From Psammoneis japonica (Eukaryota), in assembly GCA_008632985.1 (NCBI GenBank), contig QPGO01000023.1, positions 555,681 to 619,680 on the forward strand: a stretch of DNA of 64,000 nucleotides. Direction: 5' to 3'. Positions 37,385 through 49,230 of this stretch are shown in pieces. Position numbers and translations under genes: made by a program. Every line of letters begins with the position of its first letter. The first letter of the stretch is position 1. Under the pieces are notes generated by a model. It saw nothing but the letters and a program-made list of their open reading frames with translations. It searched no databases and had not been told where the DNA came from.

Positions 37385-39479
37385 CTACGAATTCGGAAAC
37401 AATTGCGCGTTTTCCAGCGCGAAGGTCGAATATCGCGCCTGAACCGACGATCGGCGCTTCGCGCAAAACTCATGTAGAAATACGTAGAAAACATACTAGA
37501 GCTAGAACTCCAGAACGGAGAAAATCATCTGAATGGTGCGCGTATCATCACAATGATGTTGTTGCGTCCCTTCGTGAGCGTTTCTTACTACCATGCCACC
37601 CACAAAGAGACGAAAGCATTGTGTTCCTGCTCAAGCACCTGGAGATACAGTGACTCATCCGTCTAGTGGTGGCACTAGAGGCTATTCCCAGGCTCAACTT
37701 TTTTCCGGAGAGGTTTCTGGAGATGACGCCCGCGCCGACCCATACTCGGCCTTGTTTGAGCTATTCTTGATCGTTTTTGTTCATTGAAGACATGTCTTTT
37801 ACTTTTAGGAGGTATAATTGATAGGTGAGACCCTTGGTTTGGTGAGAAACGGAGTAGTCGTTGTGTAGAAATCAAAAAATGGGTCTTTTCCATTTTTGGG
37901 CGGCAAAACCCATACTTTGATGTTATTTCGTTCAATACACCTCCTCTGTTGCCTCCCATTGCTGTTATCTCTTTATTATAGATACGAAAAGTATCCCCTG
38001 TCTTGGGTATGCTGTGTGTATGATCTGTGGCGAGAAATATTGCTCACATTCGTGTGGTCTCGCATCGGCATTTTGAGACTACCACCGACCCATACTTTGA
38101 TGTTTATTCGTTCATTTGGTCTCTTTACTCTCACTTCTTTGATCGAATCTTTACTTTATAGTTGTGGTAGCATCATTCTGTCTTGGAAGCACAATAAATC
38201 CAACAAGAAATGCCAAGCAGAGGTTACAGTATGGTTGACGCGTCCACAGACGGAAAAGCACTGATGTCGCACCGACAAATGCTGACGAAGATAATCGAAT
38301 TCCTATCGACAATATCGAAGTCGGAAGTACTGGCAACACATCAAACGATTCATCCTGTGATTCCTCCACTCATGATTTTCTAGTGAACGCGCTGACATTG
38401 TAAAACATGAGGATTGTAGTCAGCACTCGACTCTCGGATACACGAACAGCCGAGGAGCATGATGCTACCAATGAAAATGGGGGAATACTAGCTTCAGATA
38501 ATAGAAGAATTGTTAGGTGTCACCATTCTATTTTATGATTCTATTAGCAGTAGTATCCAACAGACTAGACTAACGGGAAAAGCGCATTCTCTGCAAGCGA
38601 GGAGAAGGCGTCGGCACATGGCACATGTCGCAGTTGGTTTTATCGATGAATACTTCTTGCCACAGCTCGCACCCACAGCAAATTCAAGACAGAACGATAC
38701 TACCACAACTATAAAGTAAAGATTCGATCAAAGAAGTGAGAGTAAAGAGACCAAATGAACGAATAAACATCAAAGTATGGGTCGGTGGTAGTCTCAAAAT
38801 GCCGATGCGAGACCACACGAATGTGAGCAATATTTCTCGCCACAGATCATACACACAGCATACCCAAGACAGGGGATACTTTTCGTATCTGTGATAAAGA
38901 GATAACAGCAATGGGAGGCAACAGAGGAGGTGTATTGAACGAAATAACATCAAAGCATGGGTCGTGACCATTCCTGATTATCCGGTCAATCCAGTCAATG
39001 TGACAGTGCAATGTTTCTCACCACAGATCGAATACACAGCATGACCAAGACAGTGAGTACCTTTCATATCTATAATAGAGAGACACCAGCAATCGCAGGC
39101 AACAGAGGAGGTGTTTTTAACGAATAAAGATCAAAGCATGGGTTTTGCCGCTCAAAATTGGAAAACACCCATTTTTTGATTTCAACACAACGACAACTCC
39201 ATTTTTCGCCAAACCAAGGGGCTTACCTAACAATCAGACCTCCTAAAAGTAATATCCATGTCTTCAATGAACGAAAACGATCAAGAACAGCTCAAACAAG
39301 GCCGAGTCTGGATCGGCGCTGCGCTATGTAAAAAAAAATCCACGCTCCAGGAAAAAGTCTCTCTCTAGTATGTTTTCTACGCATTTCTACACAAATCTTG
39401 CGCGAAGCTCCGATCGTTGCTTCGGGATGAAAATTTGAGCTTCGCGCACGAAAACGCGCAATTGTTTCCGAATTCGTAG
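37385..39479. mobile_element. Foldback-type non-autonomous DNA transposon with ~800-bp modular inverted arms and TA target duplication
   Basis: TA|CTACGAATTCGGAAACAATTGCGCGTTTT ... AAAACGCGCAATTGTTTCCGAATTCGTAG|TA. Arms ~37385-38185 and ~38685-39479 are reverse complements around a ~500-bp spacer; no transposase ORF. Confidence 0.9.
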
Positions 39480-39665
39480 TAAAACAAAGCACTCGATTAT
39501 TGTTTCCGTCTCAATCTCCCAATGCTGTCTGCGCGTCCGTTAGGCATTCGTGACCAACTCCGCCGCGCTTCGAATCAACGTCGTACAATTCTACGCAGAT
39601 TCTACGAACCTCCAAACCGCCAAAGCGGCCACGACTTATTAGCACTCGGCACACAAAGAGCGACC

Positions 39666-41115
39666 ATGGAGAATCAGTTTATACCCGCCGCAATCGAGAT
39701 TGTATCCAAGGCAATTGAAGCGGACAACGAGGGAGAGTATGAAAAGGCTCTTAGTCTGTACCGTGACGCCCTTGGTCGATTCACGTTGGGTCTCAAGTAC
39801 GAAAAGAACGAAGCACGAAAGAAACTCATAATCGAACGCGTAGAGGGTTACATGAAACGAGCCGAAGAGCTTCGGGACTATCTCAATAAGCAGTCAGAAC
39901 TCGATAACAAGGGCGGAGGTGGAACGGGTGTCAAGAAGAAAGACGATAAGGATGATGACGATGATGATGCGGAAACGAAGCGTCTCCGTGGAGCGCTTAG
40001 TAGTGCGATTGTTTCTGAAAAACCCGATGTGAAGTGGGACGACGTGGCGGGGCTGACGGCGGCCAAGGAGAGTCTCAAAGAGGTATGTTGAGATGAGGGA
40101 ACACTTACAATGTAGTTATGAATCGATCGAAGGTGTTTTATTCTTTTGTATGGCTCACACACACACCTTTGTATGCAACCCGTAGACTGTGATTATGCCC
40201 ACGCGCTTTCCCCAATTGTTTACGGGCAAGCGTCGCCCCTTCAAGGGTATTTTGCTGTACGGACCACCCGGAACAGGAAAGTCTTACCTCGCAAAAGCGG
40301 TAGCCACAGAAGCAGATTCTACCTTTTACTCTGTATCTTCGGCTGATCTTGTATCGAAATGGCAAGGCGAGTCAGAAAGGTTGGTTCGAAACTTGTTTGA
40401 AATGGCACGAGAATCGCCCGGAGGACGAGCCATTATCTTTATCGATGAAGTGGATTCTCTCTGTGGTTCCCGAAGTGAGGGAGAGTCAGACTCGGCCCGT
40501 CGTATCAAGACTGAGTTTCTTGTACAAATGGACGGCGTTGGCAAGAATGCAGGCAATGTGTTGGTGTTGGGAGCGACCAATGTCCCGTGGGAATTGGATG
40601 CGGCTATTCGACGACGTTTTGAAAAGCGTGTGTATATTCCGCTCCCTGAAAAGGAAGCTAGATCGTACATGGTCAAGCTTCACTTGGGTGACACTCCGAA
40701 CGACCTTTCAGAAGACGACTTTGATCAACTCGGAGAAATTACAGAGGGAGCTTCTGGTTCTGATATCAAAGTCTTGGTCAAGGAGGCTCTTTTAGAGCCT
40801 CTCCGCCGTTGCCAACGGGCCAAACAGTTTGTTCCCGACAAGGACGGCTTTTACGTTCCGTGCGACCGTTATCCCAATTGTCACAAGTGCCCGCCCAAAC
40901 TGAACTCGGATAAGAAGGGCAAGGACTATACCTGTAGGAATTGCGGTGCAGTTCGTATGGAGCTGTGGGATGTGCCACCCGACAAGCTAAGAGCACCCAA
41001 TGTCGAGTACAAGGACTTTAAGAGCTCTCTCAAACACTCTATCGTCACTGTATCTCCCGAGGAACTGGAGCGTTTTACAGAGTGGACCAAGCAGTTTGGG
41101 CAAGAGGGCGCATAG
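39666..41115 (+). CDS. VPS4: Vacuolar protein sorting 4 AAA ATPase (MIT + AAA), 2 exons
   Basis: MIT helices, EKPDVKWDDVAGL, GPPGTGKS, IFIDEVD, RRIKTEFLVQMDGVG, C-terminal FGQEG; intron 40083-40185. Confidence 0.97.
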
Positions 41116-41378
41116 CTTTTGCAAGGCGATGCTTGCTGCCAGAACCGGCGCTTACTATCCTACTGCTGCTGTGCGAGAATAGCAGCTTTCAAAAATAGTT
41201 ATGATGCAATTGAATTGCTTATAACGACCTATTTTTGCAACACTTGTATCGATGTCTGTCGTTAGACTTATCAGAACACAACGACTATACAGAACGAACG
41301 CTTAACCTTGACGTTGTCATACTTGTAGCAATATTTATCTTTCTTACAAAATATAGCGTCCATTCAGTACCGATAAGG

Positions 41379-42285
41379 TTACCACCACTTGATTTTGCAT
41401 GTCTCTGGCAGTTCCTGAGTTGTCGGTGCAATCATGGTCTCGCCGTACTTGCCGCCAGGCGATCCCATTACGTCCTGCAACTTGGGTGCTTTGGAGAAAC
41501 CATTGTTTTCATACCACTGTACTAATTTCCCACTCCCATTGTCGTCCGTCACCAATATCGTAAAGTCACAACCGTTCATGCCGTGAATCGCCAATATGAC
41601 TTGCAGAGCCAACTCTCCAATGCCCAAGCTTCGGTATTGCGGAACAACAAACATGTATATAATAGCAGCAATTCCCGCATCGCTTTCTTGCAAGTCTACA
41701 TCATAGATTTCCTTGACAGTTTCTTGAATGGCTGGTACAGATGGTCCACGCTCTGTTGTGATTCCAAACCGTGCAATCTGATGTCGCCGACGCTTGTCTG
41801 GAGCTACCGGTATGGGAAGCAAACAAACAAAACAAATGAGGATACACACAAACTCCATCCAGAACTTGTGAATATCTCACACACGTAGAAAACTTACACT
41901 TGTAGTATGCCTCCAACACTGCTTGTCCACCCTTGGGGCAAAGCAAGCGAGGCGGTTCTTGACGCTTGAGAAAGCAATCAAGACGAATGCCATTGGCAGC
42001 CAATCGCAACATTATCTTTTTGAGAAAGCTCGTATGAGGCGGTGGACGAATCTTCCACAGCACATCTTCGTGGGAAAGTGACGATGAAATTTTTTTGTCA
42101 GTTACCTCTTGTTGGGTCGATGCTTGTGCAAGAATTGTAGATTGGCGGCAGAACTTCTTGTCGTGATTGCTCGAATGATGATGTGTCACTGTCACTATTG
42201 TCGAGGGTGATGAAAATGCATTGACATGATTGATAGAACAGAATACCAGCAACAAAACAAGAACATTGAAAACAAATCCCATCAT
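41379..42285 (-). CDS. GNAT-family acetyltransferase with signal/plastid targeting peptide, 2 exons
   Basis: Signal peptide ending VNAFS; YMFVVPQYRSLGIGEL (motif A) and LVQWYENNGF; intron near 41810-41897. Confidence 0.75.
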
Positions 42286-42681
42286 GATGAAATGTAGAGT
42301 TAATCTAGGTGAGCTACCGGTACTGTCTTGGAACAAGCGCGAACGGACACGACACAAACATGCCATGGCTGATGGCAGCGGCAGATGCAACACCTACTTG
42401 CTTTTGACACCACCCTCCTGCTCCGCTGCCTTCCACCTTTTTTCTCTCTCTTTTTTGAAAATTTGATGCGTGCGGACCTGCACGACGCTACGAGTATCGT
42501 AGTACCGTGGTACGTAGAAACGTACGTGGCGCTGACGTAGACGGGCGAGAAGAACGTTGACGGGCGGCGGGCCAGACGTAATTATTGTACAGACTGCGTG
42601 CCTGCTCGCGATAATTGTCTGCGCAGATTTTTGATTTTTGCAACTTTCATTTTTTCGCGTTTTCTCTTGCACGCCATCGCC

Positions 42682-43692
42682 ATGGCGGTGTCCCGATTGG
42701 ATGGCTTTTGTCGATATGCCTTTGCGGTTCAGTATCATGGTGCTCCGTTTCTAGGATTCTCATACCAGCAAAACCAAGAAGACTGTATTTTAGAGGATGG
42801 TACCGATTGGAGAGGAGTGTTTTCTGTCGAGGGACGGATTCGAAAAGCGCTCTGTCAACTGGTTGGGCCTGACAATTATGAAAATATTCAAGTATCGTCG
42901 AGAACGGATCGGGGAGTTCATGCCTTGAGGAATACATGTCATGTCGATATTCGTCCTCGAAAGCCACAGCACGACGAGTGGGAATCATGCAATCTCCACC
43001 ATGGCTTGAACTATCACTTGTCACGACATGTTGGAAGAAGAGATTCTCGAGGAAACGATCCGTGGTATTTGGGACAACAAAATGATACTATTCGTATTCT
43101 ATCCGTTGCCAAGGCCCCGCATTTCATGAAGAATAGGTTTTATGGGCAAGACTCAAATCAACCAGAAACAATTGATTGGAATGCACGCTTCAGTGCTACC
43201 CAACGTACCTATGTTTACCGAATCCTCAATTTGATAAATGGAGAGCGAGACGACGCTGTGCCTTTTGAATGGGACAGATCGTGGAGAATCAATACAAATG
43301 ATCCATTAAACATTTCGGCAATGAAACAAGCTGCATCCTATTTGATCGGGATGAATGATTTCACCACTTTTAGAAGTTCCAAATGCCAACGACTGTCGCC
43401 GATTGTCACTATACAAGATGTGCAAATATCGAATCAGCCATATGATGTAGGAATGTTTGCTCACAAGCCATCCGATGCGTGTCTGGTCAATATATGCATT
43501 ACGGGTGACGCGTTCTTGTACCGCCAAGTTCGAAACATGGTGGGGCTTCTTGTAACAGTTGGGAGCAATAAATTGGATGCGGATGCGGTCGCGGAGCTCT
43601 TGGAGAAACGCGATCGCACCAAGGCCCCAGCCATGGCTCCGGCCCGTGGACTATTCTTGACCAATGTCAAGCATGGAGATTTCATCTTTTGA
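42682..43692 (+). CDS. truA: tRNA pseudouridine synthase A (TruA/Pus family)
   Basis: YHGAPFLGFSYQ, SSRTDRGVHA, ARFSATQRTYVY, NDFTTFR, GDAFLYRQVRNMVG, APARGLFL. Confidence 0.93.
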   Translation: MAVSRLDGFCRYAFAVQYHGAPFLGFSYQQNQEDCILEDGTDWRGVFSVEGRIRKALCQLVGPDNYENIQVSSRTDRGVHALRNTCHVDIRPRKPQHDEWESCNLHHGLNYHLSRHVGRRDSRGNDPWYLGQQNDTIRILSVAKAPHFMKNRFYGQDSNQPETIDWNARFSATQRTYVYRILNLINGERDDAVPFEWDRSWRINTNDPLNISAMKQAASYLIGMNDFTTFRSSKCQRLSPIVTIQDVQISNQPYDVGMFAHKPSDACLVNICITGDAFLYRQVRNMVGLLVTVGSNKLDADAVAELLEKRDRTKAPAMAPARGLFLTNVKHGDFIF

Positions 43693-44248
43693 GTGCTTCT
43701 GCAAACACTAGAAACGACTACGTTTTGCTGTAATGGAGACGAGATGAAACTCCCGTGCCGTCAAGGTCGAATCATGGCTGGGCTTCTTGTAACAGTCGGG
43801 GAGCAACAAATTGGATGCGGATGCGGTCCCGGCGCTCTTGGAGAAACGAGGTCGCACCAAGATCCCAGCCATGGCTCCGGCCCATGGATTGTTTCTGACC
43901 AACGTCAAGCATGGAGATTTCATCTTTTGAGCGCTGCTGCGAACACTAGAAACGGCGGGTATGACTATACGTTCTACTGTAAGGATCCGAGATGAAACTC
44001 CCATGCCGTCAAGGTCGAAACATGGTGGGGCTTCTTGTAACAGTCGGTAGCAACAAATTGGATGCGGATGCGGTCATGACGCTCTTGGGGAAACGAGATC
44101 GCACCAAGGTCCCAGCCATGGCTCCGGCCCATGGATTGTTTCTGACCAATGTCAAACATGGAGATTTCATCTTTTGAGCACTGCTGCGAACACTAGAAAC
44201 GGCGGGTATGACTTCGTTCTACTGTAATGGAGCCGAGATGAAACTCCT
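43521..44248 (+). repeat. Tandem triplication (~240-bp unit) of the truA 3' end plus downstream sequence
   Basis: Unit running from CAAG(G/T)TCGAA..CATGG..GGGCTTCTTGTAACAGT through GGAGATTTCATCTTTTGA to GAGATGAAACTCC begins near 43521, 43757 and 44005. Confidence 0.95.
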
Positions 44249-44721
44249 GCGAAGATGATTTCTGAACAGCCAATTGACAAAGCGAGTTGTTGTAACGGCG
44301 AGCATGAAATATTGATAATATTTATAAAAGTTGCTACTGTCTGACGGGATGTTGTTTCTCAGGAATGATGTGCAGTGCAATATCCATAAAGGAGGATGTG
44401 AGGGCGGGGTGGGAGGGACCTTCGGCCGCAAGCGCCATTGCAGAACTCAGCAAAAAGTCAATGGCAGACGATGAAGCTTCAAAAAACTCAACCACGGAAT
44501 CTACAATGTCTCTAGCTCTGCAGTATTGCAGTGCGCATCTGTCGGATAACCTATCCAGACCTTCCCATGCTTGGCGTGATCTGTATGTGTCCTCTGACCA
44601 CTTCGGAACATTCTGCAGCCATTCCCGCTCAACTCTAGTCGCGCGAGGACGACAATGCAAATCAACAAAGCAATGAAGATATGTCTCAGTGCAGAAAAAC
44701 ATTCGAGCAATCTCGTCTGCG

Positions 44722-46119
44722 TCACTCGTAGTTTGTATGGCCTGTTATTTTTCTCTTCCAGCAGAACGATTCGGCGGATAACTCCTCGTCCAAAGCAGCC
44801 GCTTGGTTCAGTAACTGCTCCCTCATTTTCTCGCTGTTGTACTTTACGGCAGTGGAATAGGAGCCACATTCCGACTTCAAGCTCGATACAATTGTTACAG
44901 TGGCCTTGAGTGTGCCGTTTACGTACTTTTCCCAGTCATATTCATCAGACCAGCAACGGAAAGGTGCTGCCATGGCATCCGCACACGTCAACCAACCGAC
45001 AAATAAAAAGTACTCAAAGGCAAAGCTGAGAACGATCCAAAATGATCCTTCCGTAACAGTTCCCGCGTAACCTAAACAAGTGAATCATACATGCGACTTA
45101 GTTGCGCAAACCTTGTCAAGTTGTTTCCTTCTTTTCATGAAGTCGACGTACCATCTTTTACAACTTTGTCTGTAGCAGCCCAGAGCAAGAGAACTGCCAT
45201 GTAGAAACGTACAGTAAAGTCTGTCGGAAAGGAGAGTAGTGAGTCTCCTTGCACGTAAACCGCAAGCCTCATTACAAAGTCACTTACTGACAAGCTGGCG
45301 GTAGCAAAGCGGCATGGGAACGTCCCTGAACTTGTACAAGCCTTGAAGCGCATCTCGAAGTCCTAGAGCATAGTACTGGAATAATTTAACGGAGGTCTCG
45401 TTGAGACCAAAACGATCTTCGTGCTTCAACTGGTTCACAAGGTCGACAGCCCAGAAGACCGGCACAGCCATTGGCTGGCAAGATTGGTTCAGAATAAAGA
45501 CGCACTCGTCTTGGGTGAGGAGGCATTGATCTATGAGCTTTTCAAAAGAGGAAAAACCGTTGTCCCTATTTCTGTAGAGCTCCCCGACCACCATGGCATG
45601 GCTCAAATTCAGCCACCGAATGAGTTGTAGTCGCACGCTCCGTACTTCTAAAGCTTCATCGGGATCCGTCTCCCGAATGGCTGCCGCAATGTGAACAGCA
45701 GCGCTGAAAATCCTTTTCTTGGCAAGAGACTCGGTGTTATAACAGTCGCTCCAGCGATCGTAGCATTTCTTGGCGTAGAAACCCAGCATCCTAGCCATTT
45801 CCGAAAGCGCACAAACATCAGTTGTGCGTACCGTATGCATGCCATGAAAAGAAAAGACTTACATGGCAAGAGCCGCTTGAAAGCGAGTGCTCATATAGCC
45901 CAGCACCCCATGTAATTCTAAAAACGAGTCTGATGGATCTGTTGGATCGCTGTCTCTACGTGCAAGATAGACGGCAAGAACGCAAAGCGAGCAGATCAAC
46001 ACGGCAGTCAACCATTCTATCCAAAAGAATTGAAACACACCACCCTCCCATGTCAAAAGCATACGAAGGCTATTGATTGGAATAGCAGGGCCAAACGGAT
46101 CCGTGTAAAGCTTTGTCAT
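44722..46119 (-). CDS. Bestrophin-family anion channel, multi-exon
   Basis: LLTWEGGVF, MLGFY...YDRW, IRWLNLS, PVFWA, DVPMPLCYRQLV and VGWLTCADAMAAPF..DEYD match bestrophin motifs; introns near 45790-45860, 45220-45285 and 45075-45140. Confidence 0.8.
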
Positions 46120-46475
46120 GGTGTCAACAACGGAGGGGGGCGAAACAAAACACACAACAACGTTTATTGGTTAGGGGAACTACCTCTACTCTAGCTACTA
46201 GAGAGTGTTGCAACTGAAAACAGAAATTCCAAATTGAAAATGCGAACGCTGCGATGATCTCATTCTGCATTTTTCATTTTTCTCGATTTTTGCTTTCCTT
46301 TTCCTTTTTTCATTGCTTTTTCATCAGGAATTTTTCACACATCCCGACGACCGACGGACCGACGACATTACATACCTTATCGCGAGATGACCAGACCAAT
46401 CCTCACGTTGCTGCTACTTCTAGCCTCTTGTTATCCCTCCCTTTGCTTTATACCTTCACCAAGAAGTAACTTAAC

Positions 46476-48254
46476 ATGTCAAACAATGCATATATCTCCA
46501 TACGAGACGACTCTGGCATACGATCCCTCTCCAACAACGAGCGCAACTTTGTGCGCTCCTGCGCCTTGTCAGAAAATAACTCTTCGAGAGTGTTGCGAGG
46601 CGATGGACGCGGTCCTGGAGATGTGCGCAAGGTCCGATTGACTCTGGGACGATGGCATAATGGAGCGGAATGTACGGTTCAGTGGGGAACTCGAGTATCA
46701 GCGCTCGTGACGGCTGAATTGCTTCCTCCATCGTCCGAACGTCCCTCGGAGGGAACTGTGTCGTTGGCTGTTGATTTGAGTCCAATGGCCTCTAGTTCGT
46801 TTGGGCATGCTCAGCCACTTACAACGACCGGAACTAGTGGAAGTGGTACTGGGGTAAATGTATCTGATGAAACACAAAAGCTCTTGACGAATCGTATTCT
46901 TCGGTGTTTGGAACGCACATTGCTAATTGGAGGTGCGCTCGACACGGAAGCGCTCTGCGTCCAATCGGGAGCATGGGTGTGGCGACTTAATGTGCAGGTG
47001 ACAGTATTGGATCATGGCGGAAATCTCATGGATGCTTCTGTATTGGCGGCTGTTGCAGCTCTACGTCATTATCGCAAACCCCAAGTGGACCTTGCCACCG
47101 ACGCTACTAGCAACGACAGGGTTGCCACTCCCAAACTCGTTCACAGTGATGCTCGAGAACCAACTCCACTCCCCATTCATCATACACCACTTTCCATTAC
47201 CTTTGCCTTGATTCATGCCGATGATGCCAGTTTGAGTACCATGTCGACCAGCACAGTGGCCGCTCTTGTGGATCCCACATACCGCGAAGAACTGGTGCAA
47301 ACTGGAACCATTACGATTGCCATGAATGTACATTCAGAAGTTTGCCTGCTGGACTTTGGAGGTGGATGCGAATTGAAACCGACGCAACTCAAGCAGTGTT
47401 GGAAGCTTGCCGAGGATGCAATTTTGAAGCTTTGTAAAATGTTGGAAGAGACACTCAAGGAAGCAGACGAGAAGGCTCACCAAGATCGACTGAATCGTCT
47501 CGTTGCGGCTTCTAACGCACAGCAAGTTACCAACAACGACGATAACATGCCCGTTACGGAAGATGACGAAGAAGGAATTGCATACCTGGCGAAGCAAGCA
47601 CCCGCGCAAGTGGACACGACATCAGAATTCAAGGATGTAACCTCGGACGTTGCCAAGGCTGCAGCGCAGGTGCAAGAAGAAAAGGAGGAAGAGGAAGCCT
47701 ATCGCTTGAAAGCTTTGGATTATTCACTGGGGCATGTAGCGGCCAAAGTTAAGGAAAATGCACGGGACGATAGTTCAGGTACAAGGAATATATCAGCAAG
47801 TAAGGCACAGGCCATGGCCGGGTCGCTCTTGGCCGCCATGCTTCAATCGGCGCAAGGCATTGCATCAGAACCGGCAATGACGACGGAAAACGGGGACGGC
47901 AAGACACGCAACGCGACGCAAACGTCGTCAACGGATGATGCGGATCAACTCTCTCATACAGAAACAAAAACCAACGATGTTCGTTCCCAAGAAGCAATTG
48001 ACGAGTTTGAGCAATTCGCAAAGCAAAAGCAAAAAGAGGCGGCCGTGCAAAGTATGGAGGTGGACAGCGATGAAGAGGAGACTACCACAATGTTGCAGAG
48101 TGAATTTCAGAACAACCCTGCGCCACCCACAACAACAAAGGCAGCATCAACGAATGGTCCCACCCCAAGCAACGTTGAAGAGGATGATGTGGATGACTTG
48201 GCCATGGCTATTACAAACAAGAAGAAGAAAAAGAAGAAGAAATCGAAAAAGTAG
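46476..48254 (+). CDS. RRP45: Exosome complex component RRP45/EXOSC9 with long acidic C-terminal tail
   Basis: LSNNERNF, RGDGRGPGDVR, LDTEALC, VLDHGGNLMDA, ALRHYRKP, VDPTYREE; poly-Lys C-terminus. Confidence 0.92.
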   Translation: MSNNAYISIRDDSGIRSLSNNERNFVRSCALSENNSSRVLRGDGRGPGDVRKVRLTLGRWHNGAECTVQWGTRVSALVTAELLPPSSERPSEGTVSLAVDLSPMASSSFGHAQPLTTTGTSGSGTGVNVSDETQKLLTNRILRCLERTLLIGGALDTEALCVQSGAWVWRLNVQVTVLDHGGNLMDASVLAAVAALRHYRKPQVDLATDATSNDRVATPKLVHSDAREPTPLPIHHTPLSITFALIHADDASLSTMSTSTVAALVDPTYREELVQTGTITIAMNVHSEVCLLDFGGGCELKPTQLKQCWKLAEDAILKLCKMLEETLKEADEKAHQDRLNRLVAASNAQQVTNNDDNMPVTEDDEEGIAYLAKQAPAQVDTTSEFKDVTSDVAKAAAQVQEEKEEEEAYRLKALDYSLGHVAAKVKENARDDSSGTRNISASKAQAMAGSLLAAMLQSAQGIASEPAMTTENGDGKTRNATQTSSTDDADQLSHTETKTNDVRSQEAIDEFEQFAKQKQKEAAVQSMEVDSDEEETTTMLQSEFQNNPAPPTTTKAASTNGPTPSNVEEDDVDDLAMAITNKKKKKKKKSKK

Positions 48255-48263
48255 AGCTACTCT

Positions 48264-49230
48264 CTAGTCGTTTGGTTTAAAATCTGCGTGGGATTCCTTG
48301 TACTTGTCCAACAAATGCTGACCCGACGTAGTTGGAGGGTACTTTGGAGGATTGTCTTTGGAACAGCAAGCATCCAAGCACTCCACGACAGTATCAAAGT
48401 TCGGTTCATAGAAGAAAGGAATGGAGTATCGCTCGACCGTTTCGCCAGGCGTAATGACACGGTGGACTGTACTTCTAAAGAGATTGTTTGTCCATCTTTC
48501 AAGCATGTCCCCGAGGTTGACTACGAATGCATTCCTCCTTGGTGGGACATTGATCCATTCATTGTCTTTTGTCAAAATTTGTAAGCCGGGGTTTTCGTCC
48601 GTCAACAACAAGGTCAACATGCCGTAGTCGGAATGCGCACCACAAGCAAAGACGCCGCTTTCTGGGTCACTCCTTTCTTTGTTGTAGTGCAACAACCGAA
48701 GCATAGCCAGCGGTTCCGTAAAATTTTCGTCAAAGTAGTGCTCATCTTTCAATCCAATCGCCAACGCCAACAGTTGAGTGAGGCGAAAACCAACTCGACT
48801 AGCCTCTTCGTAGTAATTTTCCATTGTTTCCTTCCACTCATCACAATCCAGTTCAGGACAAACTTGCGCTGACGGCCACTGATTCGGACCCGATAGTTTC
48901 GACGGGTCGTACTTGGAGCTGGTTTTCGGTACATCTCGTCCAATGTAGAATCCTTCTTTGGTATCGCCTTTGCTTTGGTTAGCGGGGTCAAGTGTTCCTC
49001 TTCCATGGCGTGTAGCCACGAGACATGACTGGATCACTCAAGGCCTGCTTGCACCGAAGCGGTAGCGCAAAGAAATCTTTGGATGCTTGCATAACTCGAT
49101 CCAGATCGCTAGGCGAAATCCCGTGCCCTTCCAAATAGAAGAATCCAGTTTCAACGCAGGCTGATCTCAGAGTTTGTATCGCTTGCTGAATATCTTCACC
49201 ATCCATTCGAACGGTTGGAATGGCGTCCAT
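48264..49230 (-). CDS. 2-oxoglutarate/Fe(II) dioxygenase (IPNS/DIOX_N family), apparent frameshift near 49000
   Basis: ACVETGFFYLEGHGI, DTKEGFY, GAHSDYGMLTLL, VNLGDMLERWTN, STVHRV, RYSIPFF. Confidence 0.92.

Noticed and set aside
37383..37390. TACTACG terminus read as a CACTA element end
   Set aside because: Both ends read TA rather than CA and no 3-bp duplication is evident; a TA target duplication fits better.
37896..38971. Two near-identical ORFs on opposite strands (37896-38264 + and 38684-38971 -)
   Set aside because: By-product of the inverted arms of the foldback element; no coding signature.
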